37,957 bases of DNA. Source: Asterionella formosa (lineage: Eukaryota). The stretch is taken from assembly GCA_002256025.1 (NCBI GenBank), contig NKIB01015153.1, positions 1-37,957 of the forward strand, written 5' to 3'. The position numbers and the translations under genes are program-made. Under the pieces are notes generated by a model. The model did not search any database. It was given only the letters and a program-made list of their open reading frames with translations, and was not told the DNA's origin. Shown one piece after another: positions 32,448 through 37,957 of this stretch; the stretch's first letter is position 1, and each line of letters starts with the position of its first letter.

Positions 32448-35400
32448 CTAAATATCTTTCTTTCCTCCCTCACCCAGGGGATCGATGGAACTATACCGAT
32501 CCATCAAGGCAAATATATTGCCTGCTGCAGCCTTTGCTTTCTCCCTGTTAGTTGCTCCTTGTGCAGCGATTGCCAAACCGTTGAGGGAGAGGAGGAGTGA
32601 AAACATGGAAATCAGAAAATCACGATACTCAAACTTGGAAGGGTACTTCAGGAGCAACCAGCCTCCCCACCAAATCATCAAGGCAACTCCCCACATTTGA
32701 AAGAATTGACCAAGACCAGATGACAACCCTTTGATAAAGTTACTCTGGAATGGATGAGGGTCCTCCTTCCGAAGGGCACATTCATATTCAGCATTCCGAC
32801 CTGTCTCGGCTGTTAGAGATGCAACAGTTCGCATATTTAACAAAGTTTCCACAACAATACCTCCAGGAGAATTTTCGTCATCCTTCTGTTCCACCTCATC
32901 AGGTTGTCCCATATACATTTTCATTTCCATTTCAGCACCAAATGCCATGAAAGGGAGAATGCACAATGTCAACAATGCAAAGGGCCACATGAAGAAGAAT
33001 GACACTACCAACCCCACAGCAACACTAGATGTGTTCATGACCAATGTACGTATAGGCTCTCCACTTTTTGAATATAGGAGGGTTAAATTCACGTCCATGA
33101 TAAAAATTGACAACTTACTAGACCGTTTTGCGGTGAAAAAAAAACGTACCTAAAGGAGTGAATCAGAGCAGCATCGTCCTGAATCTGGCTTGTTATTACT
33201 CCAACAGGTCGAAGATCGAAGAAACCAACTTCTTGACGAATAAGTGCATTAAAAGCAGCATCACGGACGCGCTTGTTCATTCGCTCCGATGCTGTTCCGA
33301 ACCCTAATAGAATAATGAATTTTCATTTGTTATCGCCCAGCTTTAAAGCACATTTTGTGTATACCAGAAAAGTCGATACACAAGAAAACTCACCATAAAA
33401 AAGCAAAATATTGCCAATAAGAGAAGCTACAATTACCCCAATGCACCCATATGTAATTTTGAATGATAGCTGCTTCATATCTTCAGAGGTGAAATCGTAG
33501 AATTCCTGGCAAGTTTGGAAAGGAGGCGGAGGGGGTTCAAGCGCACTTCCATCTATGCAAGGATATACAGGAGTGTATAGAAGATCAATCTACAGGTAGA
33601 GAGTGTCAGAAACGATTGCGCCGAAATGATTTGAGCTTAGGATCGCCTTTTGAGCACAAACAGTACCATAATTCGCACTCACCATGTAAGCAAAAATGAA
33701 CTGTTGAACGAAAAGTGCATTTTCAGTGAGAAGAAAGTAAAAGTTTTGGATTTATCTCTGCCTTGTACTTACACCGAAGCCTGGGAAAATGAGTCCAGCG
33801 AGTATAGCTCCAATTGTCCCAATCAGAAAATACGACCTATCTGGGGTGGCCAATTCCCATGCCCGCCTAGCGTTCCTTTTGTCAATATCTTTTTTAAGAT
33901 CATAACACTCCTTTTGTTCCAACCTGTGCTTGGTGGACCTCTCGCTCTTACTATCTGGTGAATCGTGAAGCATGGTGTTATTGTGGTTGGACACCAAGCC
34001 TCTTGACTCGCGCTTACGCGTTTTGTCGGTGTCCAGGTCTTGGAGCATTTCTAATCGCTTGTAGTGGCCGCCTGGCAGTGACATCAACTCATCGCGGGAG
34101 CCGATCTCGAGAACTTTTCCGTCTGCGATAACAGCAATGCGATCAGCATTGCGGATTGTTGAGAGTCTGTGGGCGATGACGACAACTGTCTGTGATTTAT
34201 CCTCCATAATTTTATCCAATGCCTCCTGAACTACATTTTCACTCTCACTGTCAAGGGCACTGGTTGCCTCGTCGAGAAGTAGAATTCTCGGTTTTTTTAT
34301 CAACGCCCTTGCGATAGCAATTCGTTGCTTCTGACCACCTGAGACTAATGTTCCTCCAGAGCCTACAATCGTGTTGTACTTATCCGGGAATTGCATGATG
34401 AAATCATGCGCGTTTGCTTGTTTCGCCGCATCTTCGATCTGGGCTTGGGTTACTTGGGGGAATGAAAAGCGGATGTTCTCCGCTATCGTAGCGTCAAACA
34501 AGACAGGCTCCTGACCTACGAGCCCGATCTGATCTCGTAAATACTTCACATTTATTTCCTTCACGTCGATCCCACAGATTTCAATGGTTCCCTTTGACGG
34601 ATCATAGAATCTAGCGAGGTAGACACGGAAGTGTAAACCGAGTGAGAAATAAGACTAATGAAAGCGGACGTGGAGATAGTAGTTTTTCAAACATACCTTT
34701 CCATCAGTTGAACCGTACTTGATTTGCCATGTCCAGAAGGACCGACCAAAGCCAATGTTTCTCCTTCCATCACTGTAAGGTTCAAACCTCGGAACACTTT
34801 ATTATCTGGACGCGAAGGATACGAGAAGTGAACATTGCGAAACCTCACGAGCACTCCAGTGTCGGAGGAATCAAGGCCGATATGTTCTTCTGTGTAATGA
34901 ACATCGTCACCAATATTGCCATGCGACGAATTAGGGTTTGACGAGAGGCTAGCATTGGATTCCTCGCTTTCTGATTTCTTAGCTGTTTGAGCGTCAACAA
35001 GAAGCCAATAATGGCCATGTTTGGCCATCAACTCGTCGTGGGGACCTTGTTCAACAATGATCCCTTTGTCGACCACTGCAATGAGGTCAGCATTGCGAAT
35101 GGTGCTCAAGCGATGTGCTATGACGATTGTTGTCATGGTACCTTCTTGTAAAAGGCGATCAAGGGCCTCTTGGACGACGCTCTCAGAATCGCTATCAAGG
35201 GCTGATGTTGCCTCGTCAAGTAACAAAATCTTGGGCTTTTTTACCAATGCTCTGGCGATTGCTATCCGTTGCTTCTGACCTCCAGACAATTGTGCACCAT
35301 GATCACCGACATTAGTTTCATATCCGTCAGGAAACGAAGAAATAAATTCGTGAGCATTTGCGTTTCTTGCTGCTTGTTCTATTTGTTCTTTCGTTGCGTC

Positions 35401-37143
35401 AGGATTACCATAAGCAATATTCTCTCGAATTGTACAAGCGAAGAGGCACGGTTCCTGGCCCACGAGGCCAATCTGCTGACGGAGCCACTTGACATTTAAA
35501 TCTCTCACGTTATTGCCATCCAGCGTTATATTGCCTCCAGTAGGATCATAAAAGCGCTCCAGTAATTGGACTGCTGTTGACTTCCCAGAACCACTTGGAC
35601 CTACAAGTGCAACAGTCTTGCCGGCTTCAACTATGAGCGAGAACCCATTAAATACCTTGGTCTCTTGGCGGGTTGGATATTGGAAGGTAACATCATTGAA
35701 TTCAATTCTGCCCCTAACTAGTTCTGGTTTAAGACCTTCTTCGGATGAAGAATCAATTTCATACTTTGGCAGGGGAACTTCAGGTTCGTGAATTTCTGCA
35801 GTACCACATTCCTGACCAGCGTCAGTGCCAACTTTGCGACTGATGGCGACAATGGCTGGATAGCACGCCGTTCTCGCTCCTGACACGGATATTTATTGAG
35901 AGATACCATGGGTTCGATTACGCGATACATGATGAACACATGAACGAGCTTACCAGTGAAGGATTCGATGGTACCTGCAACTTGAGGTAGGACAGCAGCT
36001 GCAATAGAAATACCCATGAGAGATCCAAAGACATTGACAGCAGAAGGGTTGCATGTCTCTTTGTTTTCAACCCACCCTGAAGGATCGCACCCACTGGTCC
36101 TGACAGCATCGTATAACAACCAAGATCCAAATAAAGTTACTGACACGTAAGCTAGCATATATGAAGCCATCGTTAATCCATTGGCCAACCCTACCAAATG
36201 AACAACGCCAGCAGCTCCCTCGTACGCCCGTGTCGTGGCCGCATAAAACTTATCAATCATGGTTTCAACGGCATTCAGAGACAAAATAGTACGAATTGAA
36301 GCCACAGCGGTGTACACAATCGAACCAGCTTCAGAATAGGATTCGTTAGAGCGAGCAGTCTGAGATTGTGTGATTTTGACAAGAAATAGGATGGACAAAG
36401 TCATGAAAGGAACTACGGAGAGGATGACCAAGCTGGCTTCCCAAGAAGAATAGAAAGCGTAAGCCAAACCACCTAAGAAAGAGACAGCAAACTGCACTCC
36501 TTCTGCAAGTTTTCGACCAACACCTCTGAAGAATGAGTGCGAAACAATTCAGGTCAGTTAACTGAAGACAATCGGACAACGCAAAGATCTCAAACGAAAT
36601 TTCATCGCACTCACTTTTTGTACTTTGTACTATTTGTTGATATCATTGTAGCAGTACCAGACACATCATTGATGTCATAATACGCCAAATCTTGGCGCAA
36701 CAATGCTCTGAACCAACTAGTCTTGAGGTCAAGGGCCATTTCTCCCGCAACCGTCTCCAAACACGCAGCTTGAATAGACATAGACGTGAATGCAATCACA
36801 CTGCATAAAATGTTGCAAAGCATTTAGTCGACCAAATTATTTTGAGTCCAATTAAACCCGTCCTGTCCTTTGCTTACCCTAGACACATCATGGAATACGC
36901 GATCCGGCGTACATTTTTAAGAAAATCACCTCCGTTGGTTGACGCCCCTAGACTTTTTAAAGAGTTTGAATACACGAATGCCATAGCAGGGAATACACAT
37001 CCTGACACAATGGCACAGGATATTCCGACTATCAATAACCGTTTCTTCTTGGCACCTTTGCCGAACGAGAACACCTCTGCGATAGATGCCAAAGGAGCTT
37101 CAGGTTGCTTCTCTTTCTCAACGTTTGCCTTGGGGTGGTTCAT
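32448..37143 (-). CDS. ABC transporter subfamily B (MDR/P-glycoprotein-like), TMD-NBD-NBD-TMD, about 1342 aa. Exons 37143-36878, 36800-36615, 36525-35954, 35879-34697, 34610-33773, 33700-33683, 33589-33394, 33303-33150, 33063-32448.
   Basis: Two NBDs with Walker A ([18 protein letters not shown]), signature (LSGGQ, VSGGQ), Walker [12 protein letters not shown] and H-loop IAHRLST. Two ABCB-type TMDs ([20 protein letters not shown]). Eight GT-AG introns of 72-93 nt with consistent phases. The start codon is tentative. Confidence 0.93.
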
Positions 37144-37957
37144 TACAGAGACGATTTTAGTTAGAAGTTTCAGGATGATGGTGGGCAGTCTTGTTTAATA
37201 ATGACAGCTAAAGGAGCAATTTTGGTTGTTGTCATATTGTGAAGCATGCAAGATACGAACCCTACCCCAAGAACAAACAAGAATAACATGGAAGCAGGGA
37301 AAACGAACCATCACCGATCTGTGTGAGCATCTCGGAAGGGACATTGAACAGTCCCATGCATTGTCAAACCACACTTGAACATGACATGCATGCAAACTCC
37401 ACCTTCAAAAAGTACACCGGCACGCTTATAATCATCTTGTGTGAAACACATTGTTGCTCAATATGTTGGTTCTTATTAAATTATTCATCAGAAAGTTTTA
37501 CAATCCTCCTTGGTCGTAGAATTGAAATTCGGGTAGGTACGCCTGAACGCAACATACCGCCCAGCATGCCCGGTAGATGTGTAGCACTAGGGTACTAGCT
37601 ATGTTTTTCTAGGTGTTACTGTACTACCTGGTACCAACTCTACGGTTGACTTAACTACCGGTACTAATGTGATTGCTGCTGGAAGGCAAGTCCGGTACCT
37701 GGTACCTGGTGAGCGATCTTGCGCATCAATACAGATGTATATAGGAACGAGTTACACACAAGGATTAACAAATAAGCTCATATATTCAACAAATACTACT
37801 ACTTCTAGTTAGATACTTCACTTTGAATTCAAAAAGAGTCCAATTAGAATTAATATTGTTGATGTCCTCTCAAGTTCCAGTGGTCCCATTGATGAAGGAT
37901 AACAACATACTAAACATCAAGATTCAAACTTCTTTGTGTATCCTTACAAGCCAGGTC

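Overview
Eukaryotic genomic DNA, most likely from a diatom: short GT-AG introns, bipartite signal+ASAF-type plastid presequences, a CoDi-like Ty1/copia relic and TTAGGG repeats. In order, it holds a 5-exon plastid translation initiation factor IF2, a CK1/TTBK-like kinase, a putative MITE, a 180-bp tandem repeat, a disordered protein with ARKS histone-like motifs, and an ER-type coiled-coil membrane protein. Next comes a tandem cluster of three related plastid-targeted genes (14.6-23.6 kb, minus strand), then a decayed copia element with nested foreign DNA, an ankyrin-like protein, and a 9-exon ABCB transporter with the unusual order TMD-NBD-NBD-TMD. The most interesting signal is the three-gene cluster. 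All three proteins share homologous presequences, carry about 28, 2 and 9 copies of a (G/S)YL(S/D)xL motif in low-complexity linkers, and have a hydrophobic membrane segment. Two of them have TGACGT/ACGTCA (CCRE-like) clusters upstream. By inference this is a candidate CO2-regulated, multivalent pyrenoid/thylakoid tether system. All calls were made by eye from the sequence; no database searches were run.
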